From an uncultured Nitrososphaerota archaeon (GTDB lineage: Archaea > Thermoproteota > Nitrososphaeria > Conexivisphaerales > DTJL01): a stretch of 64,000 nt of DNA. Under the pieces are notes generated by a model that worked only from the letters and a program-made list of their open reading frames with translations, did not search any database and was not told the origin of the DNA. This document shows positions 46,005 through 57,040 of the stretch, in pieces. How positions within the stretch are numbered: the stretch's first letter is position 1; each line of letters starts with the position of its first letter. The stretch spans positions 25,312 to 89,311 of the forward strand of contig CAVYVS010000020.1 of the NCBI GenBank assembly GCA_963772005.1, read 5' to 3'. Made by a program: the position numbers and the translations under genes.

Positions 46005-48374
46005 ATGTCCTCTCCAACGTACAACTACGTCGGAAAGTGGCAGGGTAGGCGACTGGACGCCGGCAGAAAATCGCTGGCCAGATGAAGTTCGGAGCTGATG
46101 CGAACTTCCCCGACCAACTGTACATGGCATCAAGCACGCACGATCCGTCCGGGACCATCACAGCAATGGACACCACGGCCGCGGCGGCGATACCCGGCGT
46201 AGTAGCGATACTCACGCCTCTCGACATCAAGGCCAACGCGGCTTGGTCGAAGCTCAAGTACGGAACGTGTCCCATCCTCCCATACGACAAGGTCAGATGC
46301 TCGGCGAAGGAGATAGCGGCTGTCGTAGCCGAAGACCCATACGTCGCTGAACAAGCGTGCCAGGCGATCAAGGTCACATACAGCCAGATGCCGTTCGTCC
46401 TCCATCCGCTGACCGGCAAGCGCAGACAGCGCCGGCGGTCTACGATGGAACCAACGGTAGCCTGAGCACGGCGAACCTGGGTACCCGCATCCACCTACCG
46501 ATTCGGGAACGCTGACGCTGTCTTCGCCAGCCTACCCGCCGGCGCGCAGCGACTGCACGGCCACATACGAGAGCACCTCTCATTGGCTGCCAACCTCCTG
46601 ATGCCATGTGCTGCCACCATAAAGGTGGACACGACGGGCAGGACGGAGTACTGGAGCTCAAACCAGTACTCCAAGGTACTTCGCGGCGCCATGGCCGGCT
46701 GGCTGGGAGTCGCGAGGAGCAGGGTCAAGTGCTACAGCGAATCGGGAGACGGCGGCTTCGGCGACAAGTATCCTGGAAGGAGGGCAGCAGATACTCGGGC
46801 ACGTTGCTCGCCCAGAAGACGGGACGGCCGGTCCACTATCGTCTCGACGAGAGAGGACAATGGTCATCGGCGTGTCATCGCGCTAAGGCCTTATTCCAGA
46901 CGCTCAGCACGGCTGACCAGTCAGGTGGAACCATACTGGCCGTCGAAGCGACCATCTATGGAGCCAGCGGATATTCTGGCGCAGGCGCCACATCGGGCCA
47001 CGCCCTATGCCCTCGTACAACATCTACAAGATCCCAAACATCAAGATCACAACCTACGACGTCTACACCAACATCTACCACACGGAGCGATCAGGTGCGT
47101 CGCAGACCCATACGCATCTTGGGTAATAAGCACGATCGTCGACGAAATCGCCATGAAGATGCGGAATCAACCCGACCGCGGTCATAGCCAAGAACGCCAT
47201 GTACGTCGCCGGCGACAAGGACCAGCTGCGGGCAACAGGATCGCCTCCATGCGGCCAACCGCAGATGTACAACCAGGCTAGCTGCTCTCCAACTACGCCA
47301 CGAAGTGGAAGGCAGCTCCTGCATCGCCCTCGGGCCTGTCGAAGGAGTGGTCCACGGCATAGGCATAGCGAACATGCGTCTTGAAGGGCTCTGGCAGCTC
47401 CACCAGCACCACGTCGAAATGATGGCGGACGGGAGCGTCATGGTCCACGTCGGACTCAACGAGCATCGGAAACGGGAAGGGGAGGAGCTGTGCCATCAGT
47501 TGCCGCAGAGACCTGGGCATACCGTTGACATGGTGGCTGTAATGAACTATGACACGGACGGTGGCTGCGACACGGGCGTCTCCGCCGGAAGCACCCAGAC
47601 GAAGCGCGCCGACCAATTCCATCGGCGCTGGCATGCCGTCGACATGAAGAACCAGATGATGACCAAGCGCGGCAACTTCCCTGGGAGACCACCACCGAAG
47701 CTGACATACGCCCCGATGGCTCCATGAAGATCTACCTGACATCTGATCCCGTCGTAGTCGGTGACCTTCGCTTCTCTGACTGGAGAGCCATGGCTGATAG
47801 GGACCGGCCATTACACCGCACCCACGAAGACAACACAACACGTGTTAATACCTGTGTCGCCGAAGTAGACGTCGACACGGACACCGGGAAGATCACGGTG
47901 ACGAACTCACCCAGGTCCAGGATGTCGGTCAAGTGATCTTCCCGGCCGGCATCGAAGGACAGGCGCACAGCGGGATGATGCAGGCGAATCAGCACCGCGA
48001 TCCAGGAGGAGGAGTGGCCCGACACGCAGACGGGTAACAGCATCATCATCGGCTCACCTGGACTCCAAGATCATACCGATGAACCAGATGCCCCCGATGG
48101 CGAACATAAACATCGGCTACGTCAACGATGCGGAGAGGCCCCCAGGACTCCGGAACCACCGTCAACGGCGTGCTGGTTCCGACGGATATGGAGCCAAAGG
48201 GTGCGCAGAGCCATGGACCGGCGCCGGCATCGCTGCGATCGCTTCAGCCTTCGCCAACGCAACGGGCGTCCACATCTACCAAATGCCGATCACGCCAGAG
48301 AAGGTGCTGGCTGCGCTAGGGAAGATACGAACGCGCCTAACGGCAGCGAGTACGGATACGGAGGCGGCAACTGA
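46005..48374 (+). pseudogene. Mo-hydroxylase large subunit, copy 2, heavily frame-broken (ten or more breaks)
   Basis: MSSPTYNYVGKWQGRRLDAG parallels the copy 1 N-terminus. Family segments are scattered over track ORFs 46082.., 46583.., 46606.., 47305.., 47724.. and 48079... The inferred TGA is at 48372-48374. Confidence 0.7.
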
Positions 48375-48376
48375 GC

Positions 48377-49329
48377 ATGCAACCACTCAACTATTATCAG
48401 CCAAAGAGCCTAGCTGACGCGTCCGCCTACATACTTGCGCATCGCGGACTCAAGCGCCATCGCCGGCGGGACGGAGCTCATTATTCGCTGAAGCAGAACA
48501 ACCTACCCACCAACCCGACGACGCTGGTGGACCTCAACGCCATAGCTGGACTTGACACCATCGCCTGTCAGGAAGCGTCCTGAAGATTGGGCCCAACGCA
48601 ACCCTGGCGAGCATCGCCAGCAGCTCAGCCGTGCAGACGAACGCAAGGGCTCTCGCGCAGGCCGCCGGTGCGGCGGGTCTCCGGTCCTCGGAACATGGGG
48701 ACGATCGCCGGCAACTCTCCAGGACGTCTGGTGTTGGTACTACGTGGCACTGGAAACATGTACAACTGCATCAGGAAGGGAGGAGCCATCTGCTATGCCC
48801 AGGCGGGAGACAACAGGTTCTGGCACTCGATCTTCGGTGGGCCGAAGGGCTGCTACTCGATACACCCATCCGACACGGCCGTGGCGCTGTCTGCCCTCAA
48901 TGCTTCCGTCATAACCGCCAACAGACCCTCACAATGGACAAGTTCTTCATCACCCAGGCATCCGGGAACAACCTCGCGAACGGCGAACTGATAACCGAGA
49001 TCGACATACCGGTCTCCACCTCAGGTTCGCAGAGCGCCTACGTCAAGATAGCATCGAGGCCTTCCATCGACTTTGCCCTGGCTAGCGCCGCGGTGTGGTA
49101 CACGCCCGCTACCGCCGCCGTCACCAGCTGCAGGATATACCTGGGAGGCGTCTTCCAGACGCCCTACCACGCCACTGCTGCTGAGACGGCCCTGACCGGG
49201 CAGAGCATAAGCGCTACCACGGCGAAGACGGTCGGACAGGCGGCCATCTCCACCGCGACGCCGATGACCCTGAACGCATACAAGAAGTTCGTCGCAGCCG
49301 CTGCGGTAGCCAGAGCACTACAGCTCTAG
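48377..49329 (+). pseudogene. Mo-hydroxylase FAD-binding subunit, copy 2, about seven frame breaks
   Basis: MQPLNYYQPKSLADA, IAGGTELII, RNMGTIAGN, QDVWCWYY, CYAQAGDNRFWHSIFGG..CYSIHPSDTA and TSCRIYLGGV lie in three frames. Confidence 0.75.
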
Positions 49330-49340
49330 ATTCACGAAGG

Positions 49341-49375
49341 GGGAGGCGCTTCGGTGCCTCCCTCCGAACCTTTTT
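49341..49375 (+). terminator. hairpin plus T5 terminator of operon 2
   Basis: A gggaggc-N8-gcctccc stem (49341-49362) is followed by ttttt at 49371-49375, 12 nt after the TAG. Confidence 0.55.
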
Positions 49376-49439
49376 CCATCTTGAACCTCTCCAGCGCCAG
49401 CGACGATCTTTCGCAGTCAAGGCCCTGCCAGTCACAGCC

Positions 49440-50810
49440 CTAGGCGATTGCTGGAGCGCTGGCAACCACACTGGATTCGGTGCGCCCTCGCCCCCGATAT
49501 GCGACGTAGAGCAGGGCGGCGACGGCAAAGGAAACGAAGTAGCTGAAGTCGGCCCCTCCGAACACTCCAGCCAGGGAACCCACCGGCCAGCCCAACGACA
49601 CCGAGGGGACCATGAACGGGACTGAGACGACGATCGACAGGGCGTAGATCCCCAGTGTCCCCAACTCCCAATCGCGGGGGTTCAGGCACTTCGTCACGGT
49701 GGTTCTGTGCAGCACGAAGAAGTCCACCAGCACGATGGCGAGCCACGGCGTTATCCAGTAGTCCAGCGTGAGCAGGAAGTTCTCAAAGAAAGTTTCGAAG
49801 CTTGCCCCGACCACCACCGCGAGGGCCAGGCCGAAGAGGCCTCCCACGACCACGGTGAGCCACCTCTTGACATGAATGTCAAGCACCAGAGCTGACAGGG
49901 AATTGGTGTAGATGTTCAGGGCGTTGGCCGCCATGGCGCCCAGTATGATGGCGATCACCGCGGGGGTCCCGAAGCCGCCCGCCAGCGTCTTGAGGGAGCC
50001 GAAGTAGTCGAAGCTCTGCGTCAGGCTGCCCACCAGGGCCCCTATGGTCTCTATCGCAAGAGAGGCAACGGCTCCCCCAACTAGGGCGTAGAGCGTGACA
50101 GTCCTGGCCGACGCGTCGGAGGGAAGGTACCTCGAGTAGTCCGAAGCGTAGGGCGACCAGCTCATTATGTAGGAGAACGAAACGGCCAGGACGATCCCGA
50201 CGCCTCCGAGCGTCGGGACCTGGGTGGCGCCTGGCGGAAGGTAGGCGAGTGCCTCCCCGAGCCGGGGGGCGCATATCAGGAAAAGGCCCAAGAAGAGGAG
50301 GCCGAGCACCACCGACATCACCTTCTCGAAGAGGTGGATGAGGTCGTGGCCGTAGATGGCCAGGAGGACCTGCACGGCTACGAGGAACACGGCACCAGGC
50401 ACAAACCCCACCCAGGGCGCGATGGCCGTGACGGCCTCGGCTCCCAGTATCGTGTTCACGGTGAACCATCCCGCGGTGCTGATCCAATTCGCAGCCCCCA
50501 GGAGATAGTTTCCCCTGCGGCCAAAGACGGCCCTCGAAGAGAACATCTGAGGGAACCCAAGCTTCGGCCCCATGGCGCCGGAAAGGCCAACCACCAACCC
50601 CCCTAGGACGTTGCCGACGACGAGCACAGGAAGGCTCTGGAGCACAGTGAGGTGGAAGGCCAGGACGCAGAGGACGCCGATGACGTAGTCCGCTATGGTG
50701 AGGTTGGCCCCGAACCAGAGGGTGAAGACCCTCCCAGGCGACCCCCGCCGTTCGGCGTCGGGGATGTGCTCTATCCCAAACCGTTCGACCTCGGTGGCTT
50801 TGTCGGACAT
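49440..50810 (-). CDS. NCS1-family purine/cytosine (CodB-like) permease
   Basis: FGIEHIPDAERRGSPGRVFTLWFGANLT and 12 predicted helices. ATG 50810 is the proposed start. Confidence 0.8.
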   Translation of the reverse strand: MSDKATEVERFGIEHIPDAERRGSPGRVFTLWFGANLTIADYVIGVLCVLAFHLTVLQSLPVLVVGNVLGGLVVGLSGAMGPKLGFPQMFSSRAVFGRRGNYLLGAANWISTAGWFTVNTILGAEAVTAIAPWVGFVPGAVFLVAVQVLLAIYGHDLIHLFEKVMSVVLGLLFLGLFLICAPRLGEALAYLPPGATQVPTLGGVGIVLAVSFSYIMSWSPYASDYSRYLPSDASARTVTLYALVGGAVASLAIETIGALVGSLTQSFDYFGSLKTLAGGFGTPAVIAIILGAMAANALNIYTNSLSALVLDIHVKRWLTVVVGGLFGLALAVVVGASFETFFENFLLTLDYWITPWLAIVLVDFFVLHRTTVTKCLNPRDWELGTLGIYALSIVVSVPFMVPSVSLGWPVGSLAGVFGGADFSYFVSFAVAALLYVAYRGRGRTESSVVASAPAIA

Positions 50811-51171
50811 CGTCCCCCAGTAGGCCGAGGCATCCTGAAAACTGTTTTCGTTTTGGCGTCCGCCCCGCTCCCGGCTCGCCACCGGATCGGGCCCTCGAAT
50901 GCCCCTGGCCGACACCCCTTAATAGGGACGGCCTCAGTTTATCGCTAATCCCATAGTCACAAAGCCTAATTTTGAATTTCCTCTTATCATGTCTCGTTTG
51001 ACTGAGTTTTCTTTGTAGGATCTTGATCGTTTGGGCGATCGCCGAAATCCTTGTCGCCTTGCCCTTCTCCGTTGTGGCGACCTTCGTAGAGAGGAAGCTC
51101 AGGCTGGAACCCATTGCGGCCTAGCTGCGGGGCTCCCTCCGCTGATGCGGAGAAGCGCCCTCCTTCGGGAG

Positions 51172-52769
51172 CTACCCCAGCGCCTGCAGGAGCTTGGCAC
51201 CGTCGGGGCTGCCGAGACCCGTGCACGGGTCCCATCCCTTCCCGGCGTCGTAGACCCCGTTGTTCCCTGAAGTGATGTCCCTGAACGATCCCGAGGAGGC
51301 CGGGACGGCACCATAGAGCACGGGGTTCAGGTATCCCACGGGCTTCTTCGAGCTTCCGGCGGCGCTCTGGTTGATGAGCGCGACAAGCGCTGACCACAGA
51401 GGGGCGTCTGCGCTGGTCCCCCCCACCGGGAAGTTGCTTCCGTCCGCCCTGATGAGGTAGCCCGTGTTGGGGTCGGCGTCCCCGCAGACGTCGGGGACCC
51501 CTCTTCCCACATGTCCACCGGGGTTGGCCGAGGGAGGGACTCCCGCCTTCCCCTGCCAGCTGGGGAGGGGATAGACGTCGCTCACGCCGCCTCCGGTCGC
51601 GCCACCACCGGGCTCGTCGTTCCACACCACTTCGCTTGATATGGCCTGGTCGCCGCTACTGGCGGTGAGCTTCGTCCCGCCGCAGCCCAGCGCGAAGGGA
51701 GAGGACGCAGGGAAGTCCACATGGGCGAGGCCGTCCGTCAGGCCGTCTGAAGATCCTTCATCCCCGGACGCGGCCAGGACCGTGACGCCCACAAGCGAAG
51801 CATCCTGGAAGGCCTGCTCCAGAGCCTGCATTCCCTGCGACGTCCAGTTCGACTCAGCGTCGCCCCAGCTTATGGAGATGACCGACGGCTTGTGCTGCGA
51901 GTCGTGGACGGCAGCGCTCACGGCGTCGGCGAAGCCCGCGTCGGTGTTGGGGGCGAAGTAGACGTAGATGGAGGCCTTGGGGGCTATGCTCCCGACTATC
52001 TCGATGTCCGACATGACCTCCGCGTCCGGCCCGTTGGGGTCTCCGGTGGGTGAGTTGCTGCCTCCGTCCACCGACACGGCCAGCACGCCGGGGACGGGTA
52101 TCCCCAACCCCGAAAAGTAGGACTGCAGGTCCTTCGTCGTGAAGCCCCCGCCGAGCTCCACTATCGCCACCGACTGACCTGTTCCGTTCTAGCCCCTGGC
52201 CGAAGTCGTAGAGCCGGGCCACCTGAGGGGGAGTGTACGAAACCCCACCCGCCGCCTGTTTGGTGCGGAGGCGAAAGTGGGCCTTGGCTTGGGGGCGATC
52301 GTCCAGCCCGAGGACCGCTTCGACCACGGTTGCCAGGCCGGTCGGGATGTAGATGGGTCCCGTGCGGACTCGGCTGACGCCCTTCGGATGCTCGTAGCGG
52401 GCAAGCTTCACCCCGAAGGCCGCCTCCAGTTCCGCCACTACTCCCGAAAGCACCACGCGTCGTCCGGCGTGATCCTCGTCGACCAGCTCGAGGACCATGC
52501 TGGCGGGCGAAGTCCTCCACCTTCGTGATGTCCTCCCTGGTCGCCCCGAACCTGGAGGCCAGCTCCTCTCGGGTCAGATACTTCCTGTCCTGAAGCCTTC
52601 GCCGCGCCAGCTCGTTCACGGCTTCCAGCCTCTCCCCCGCAGCACGACTTCGCACGACCATGGTCACGAGGATTCTTTCGTTTGGATCGAGCCCTCCGGA
52701 AGGCCGACCTCCGGCCGGTGGGAACCGTTCGCTTCCGGGGAGGGCTATGCGATCGTCAAGTGGAGGCAT
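51172..52769 (-). pseudogene. S53 (sedolisin/kumamolisin-type) serine-carboxyl peptidase with pro-domain, two frame breaks
   Basis: Pro-domain (LTREELASRFGATREDITKV...), [25 protein letters not shown] and [13 protein letters not shown]. Switches lie near 52495 and 52190. Confidence 0.8.
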
Positions 52770-52974
52770 ATTCGGGTCGCCAGCGGCGGCAACTTATCAA
52801 GCTAGCCGGGGTTCTGTTGCCTCCCTCGGGTCCCCCCGCCGGTGACCCGCGCCTTGTTTCTTGCATGGAGTCCCTCCCCATGCTTGAATCGAAGGCACCT
52901 CTCAGCGGCGCCGAGGTTCACGGCACAGTTAATAATCGAACCATTACCATCCTGTTTGAAAGGTGCCCCGGTAA

Positions 52975-53901
52975 GTGGTCAACGTCTTGGACGCGATAGG
53001 GAACACGCCCCTGGTCCAGCTGCGTAGGGTCGTGCCCAGAGGCGGCGGGAAGGTCTTCGTCAAGCTCGAGTTCGCCAACCCGACGGGAAGCATGAAGGAC
53101 AGGGTCGCCAAGGCCATGGTGGAGGCCGCCGAGGCGGACGGCAGGCTCAGGCCCGGAGGAACCGTCGTCGAGTACACCGCCGGCACCACCGGGATTTCGC
53201 TTGCCTTGATATGTGCCGCGAAGAAGTACGGCCTGAAGATAGTCTTCTCCAATGCCTTCAGCGAGGACAAGAAGCTCACCATGGAGGCCTTCGGCGCCGA
53301 GGTCCAGGAGATCAGGAGCGAGGACAGGATGATCACCGAGAAGCTCATCAAGGAGATGGTGGAGACCGCTCGGCAGCTGGGCCAGCTCCCCGGTCACTGG
53401 TTCTGCAACCAGCTCAGCAACAGGGACGGAGCCGCGGGGTACCATCCCCTGGGGGAGGAGATTTGGAGCCAGACCGGAGGGGAGCTGGACGCCTTTGTGC
53501 AAGTGGTGGGGACTGCCCACTCCATCCACGGCACAACGGAGGCGTTATGGAAGCACGACAGGGGGATACACGTCGTAGGTGTCGAGCCCTCAGAGTCGGC
53601 CGTGCTCTCAGGGGGACCGTCAGGCGCTCACATGATCGAAGGCATCGGGATAGGCTACATCCCCCCACTTTGGAAACCGAAGCTCGTCAACGAAGTGATG
53701 ACCGTCTCCACCGAGGAGGCCAAGGAGATGGCCCGAAGGCTGGCGAAGGAGGAGGCGCTCTTCGTAGGAACATCCTCGGGCGCGAACGTCGTCGCGGCTC
53801 TCCGGGTGGCGGGCAAGCTGGGGCCCGACTCATCCGTGGTGACCATAATGGTGGACTCCGGCCTCCGGTATCTCAGCACGGACCTATTTCGAAAGTACTG
53901 A
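52975..53901 (+). CDS. PLP-dependent cysteine synthase / cystathionine beta-synthase family enzyme
   Basis: GNTPLV, NPTGSMKDR (PLP Lys) and GTSSGANV. Confidence 0.8.
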   Translation: MVNVLDAIGNTPLVQLRRVVPRGGGKVFVKLEFANPTGSMKDRVAKAMVEAAEADGRLRPGGTVVEYTAGTTGISLALICAAKKYGLKIVFSNAFSEDKKLTMEAFGAEVQEIRSEDRMITEKLIKEMVETARQLGQLPGHWFCNQLSNRDGAAGYHPLGEEIWSQTGGELDAFVQVVGTAHSIHGTTEALWKHDRGIHVVGVEPSESAVLSGGPSGAHMIEGIGIGYIPPLWKPKLVNEVMTVSTEEAKEMARRLAKEEALFVGTSSGANVVAALRVAGKLGPDSSVVTIMVDSGLRYLSTDLFRKY

Positions 53902-54041
53902 CCGAATCTGGCTCCCTGGCACTTTGCAGTCGAAGCCTTCCGGGCTGTAGGCGAGTCTTGGCGATCCCACAGGGCCAGATTCCTCGATCCGTGCCGGCCT
54001 GAACGCGGCTTAAATATGGTCCGAAGATAGGCCTGTGGAAC

Positions 54042-54329
54042 TTGCTGCCGCCGGGTTTCGTGCAACATCTGGACGTAAGAGGGGCCCACCCTCCTCACTG
54101 CAAGGTCTGCGAACACGCCGCAATACTCGGCCTAGAACTGGCCTGCATGAAGTACGGCGCCCACGTCCTCTTGTACTCCTCCTGCCAGTCCTTCCAAGCC
54201 AGGGAAACGGACCTCCCGATTGCCAGGAACGAAGAAGTCGACGGAAGGTTTCCCCTCGGCCTGGCCGAATTGAGAGGTTCGAAGAAGAGGATGGGCCAAG
54301 AGAAGGAGTCCGGACTCACACAAGGTTAA
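54042..54329 (+). CDS. hypothetical 95-aa protein upstream of the MFS gene (coding strand uncertain)
   Basis: The ORF is open and contains HCKVCEH. An antisense frame with equal third-position bias contains LAWKDWQEEYKRTWAPYFMQ but needs frame switches. Confidence 0.25.
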   Translation: MLPPGFVQHLDVRGAHPPHCKVCEHAAILGLELACMKYGAHVLLYSSCQSFQARETDLPIARNEEVDGRFPLGLAELRGSKKRMGQEKESGLTQG

Positions 54330-54359
54330 TAATCAGGCAAAGGGTCTCGTCGGCATTAA

Positions 54360-56126
54360 ATGCAGTACAAGTGGGTGGCCCTTTCCAACACGACCCTCGG
54401 GGTCCTCATGGCATCAATCGACAGCACGGTGGTCTTGGTCTCCCTCCCCGCCATATTCAGGGGCATTGACCTCAACCCTCTAACCTCGTTCCAGTATCTG
54501 CTGTGGATCCTGTTCGGCTACATGATAGTGACGGCGACGCTCCTGATCACCTGTGGGCGCGTGTCCGACATCTACGGGCGCGTCAGGCTCTACGACATGG
54601 GCTTCGCCGTGTTCGCCACCGGCTCCACCCTCCTATACCTCACTCCCAACACCGGGACCCTGGGAGCCACCGAGCTCATCGTCTTCAGGATAATCCAGGC
54701 CGTCGGGGCCGCCTTCCTGTTCTCGAACAGCGCGGCCATAATCACGGACGCCTTCCCGGCCAATGAAAGGGGAAAGGCCCTGGGCATCAACCAGATCGCA
54801 GGGCTGGCCGGTGCCTTTCTCGGCCTGGTGGTGGGAGGGACCTTGGCCACCATCGACTGGAGGCTCGTCTTCCTGGTGAGCGTCCCCGTCGGCATCTTCG
54901 GCGCCATATGGTCCTACTGGAAGCTGAGGGAGCTGGGGACGATAAGCCGAGGCGAGAAGATCGACGTGTGGGGGAACCTCACGTTCTTCCTTGGACTAAC
55001 CATCCTCCTCATCGGGCTCACCTACGGCCTTCAACCCTACGGCTCCTCGCCCATGGGTTGGGGGAACCCCTACGTGATATCCGCCATCGCCGGCGGCGCG
55101 GCCCTCCTCGCGGCGTTCCCCTTCATCGAGAGCAGAGTCGAGTACCCCATGCTCAAGCTCAGCCTCTTCCGGATAAGGACCTTCACGGCGGGCATCTTTG
55201 CGGGGTTCCTGGCCTCGGTGGCCAGGGGCGGCGTCGAGATCACCCTCTCCATCCTGCTCCAGGGGATCTGGCTTCCCCTTCACGGAATCAGCTACACCGA
55301 CACCCCGTTCTGGGCGGGCATATACCTCCTCCCGCTCTCGATGGGGTTCGTCACAATGGGGCCCATCAGCGGCGCGCTCTCCGACAAGTACGGGGCAAGG
55401 GGCCTCTCCACCCTAGGCATGCTGATCACGGCGGCGACCTTCGTGGGCCTGGCCCAGCTCCCCTACAACTTCTCGTACCTTGAATTCGCCGTGCTCATCT
55501 ACATCCAAGGCTTCGGCATGGGCACGTTCGTCTCACCGAACCTGGCCTCCATAATGAACTCGGTCCCGGCCGAGAGCCGCGGGACCGTCGGCGGGACGGC
55601 TAGCACGACCAGAAACACCGGGATGGTGGCCAGCATCGCCGGCTTCTTCGCAGTGATCGTCATCTACCTCGCGCAGGACCTCCCGGCCGCCTTCAGCAGC
55701 GCCCTGACCCAGGCGGGGGTCCCTTCGCAGGCCCTCCACTACCTCACGTCTCTCTCCCCCACCCAGTCCCTCTTCGCTGCCTTCCTCGGTTACAACCCCA
55801 TGCTCTCGATATTGAACGGCCTCCCGGCTAGCGTCACGGCCACCTTCAGCGCCCAGACCATTCAGACGTTGACGGGGCTGCACTGGTTCCCCCAGGCCAT
55901 AGCAGGTGCTTTCATGGCTTCCGTCCAGGTGGCCTTCTACGTGAGCGCCTTCCTGTGCGTCTTGGCCGCCGCGGCCTCTGCCCTCAGGGGAGGGAAGGTC
56001 GTCCCGGAGGCCATAATCTTGACCGCCGAGGTCCCTCGTGCGAAGTTGCCGAAGTCGCCTTCCGAGTCCGGGTCGGGCCCAACCGGCGACGGAGACGGTG
56101 CCCAACCAGCGGCGAATGAAGGGTAG
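54360..56126 (+). CDS. MFS transporter, DHA2 (EmrB/QacA-like, 14 TM) family
   Basis: [29 protein letters not shown], and 14 hydrophobic segments. Confidence 0.85.
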   Translation: MQYKWVALSNTTLGVLMASIDSTVVLVSLPAIFRGIDLNPLTSFQYLLWILFGYMIVTATLLITCGRVSDIYGRVRLYDMGFAVFATGSTLLYLTPNTGTLGATELIVFRIIQAVGAAFLFSNSAAIITDAFPANERGKALGINQIAGLAGAFLGLVVGGTLATIDWRLVFLVSVPVGIFGAIWSYWKLRELGTISRGEKIDVWGNLTFFLGLTILLIGLTYGLQPYGSSPMGWGNPYVISAIAGGAALLAAFPFIESRVEYPMLKLSLFRIRTFTAGIFAGFLASVARGGVEITLSILLQGIWLPLHGISYTDTPFWAGIYLLPLSMGFVTMGPISGALSDKYGARGLSTLGMLITAATFVGLAQLPYNFSYLEFAVLIYIQGFGMGTFVSPNLASIMNSVPAESRGTVGGTASTTRNTGMVASIAGFFAVIVIYLAQDLPAAFSSALTQAGVPSQALHYLTSLSPTQSLFAAFLGYNPMLSILNGLPASVTATFSAQTIQTLTGLHWFPQAIAGAFMASVQVAFYVSAFLCVLAAAASALRGGKVVPEAIILTAEVPRAKLPKSPSESGSGPTGDGDGAQPAANEG

Positions 56127-56240
56127 GGGAAGTCCCCTCCTCGAACATACGGATATATGCTTCCTGCGCAACGGAGACCTCCGTGCTGACGGAATCGGCT
56201 GGACGCTGCCGCAGGCGCCCTGAGGAGAGGAGAGCGTAGC

Positions 56241-56774
56241 TTGGCCGGCGGTCAAGGCCAAGGTCGTGGCCAGTGGTGGGAGTGGGTGCAGGCGCTGGCC
56301 CAGAAGTTTCGAGAGAAGGGGGCGACGAGCCCCGACAAGGCCATGACGGCCCAGGAGCTGGGCCTCGGCCCTAGGTTCGAGGAGGCCATGAAGAGGCGCC
56401 TCGGGCAGACGGGGATTTTCGTCGATACCGGCGGGAAGTACTGCCTCAACGAGGCCAGGCTGCAGGAGTTCGCCCAGAGGAGGCAGGGGATGGGCGACGG
56501 CTACGGGAGGAGGCAGAACCCCCGGAGGAGCATGGCCACCATCAGGATCGTGCAGATGAGCCTCGGAATCCTGGTCTTCGTCCTCATCATCATCAACTGG
56601 CTGACCGGGAGGAGCTACGACCTCTGGCTCGTAATAGTGGCCCTGATGGTAGCTTGGATCGTCCTGGCTCTGTACAGCATCTATTATCTCAGTCGCGCGA
56701 GGCAGGGGATGGGAGAGAATGGGGGTCCCTGGGGAGGGAGCCCGCCGTACCCCCAGAACCCGGGCCAGTCCTAG
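56241..56774 (+). CDS. hypothetical membrane protein
   Basis: A soluble N-terminal part and two C-terminal TM helices. The start may be ATG 56343. Confidence 0.45.
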   Translation: MAGGQGQGRGQWWEWVQALAQKFREKGATSPDKAMTAQELGLGPRFEEAMKRRLGQTGIFVDTGGKYCLNEARLQEFAQRRQGMGDGYGRRQNPRRSMATIRIVQMSLGILVFVLIIINWLTGRSYDLWLVIVALMVAWIVLALYSIYYLSRARQGMGENGGPWGGSPPYPQNPGQS

Positions 56775-57040
56775 ACTATTCGGACCTTCGCGCTCGACTG
56801 AAAGAGAATCTCGCCACGGTATGCGATAGCCCCCCGGCGCCTCCTAACCCTCCTCATGTCCCAGCTTCGTCACATGAGAGGTCCTGGTTTCGCTGTCAGG
56901 CCAGGGCCCTCGACGGGGCGGGCCAAACCGAAGGAGCTGCTCGGATTCGACGCATGATTATTTACCCACCGTCCAGCTCGCGACCCCCCAAGGAGATTTT
57001 GGATTAGGACATCACCCTAGAAGCCAGGCGCGTCAGGACG

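Noticed and set aside
5368-49329. The two Mo-hydroxylase loci as a recent inverted duplication able to flip the intervening 36 kb.
   Set aside because: The copies are only about two-thirds identical at the protein level where alignable, so they are old paralogs and not recombination substrates.
49879-51114. Long ORFs overlapping confident genes on the opposite strand or in another frame. Examples are 996..1620, 9545..10387, 19173..20045, 22595..23314, 23409..24005, 30026..30688, 49879..51114, 59582..60325 and 61363..62271.
   Set aside because: They are Arg/Gly/Pro/Ala-rich and have no family motifs. Each is shadowed by a gene with clear homology-type motifs. This is the typical high-GC artefact.
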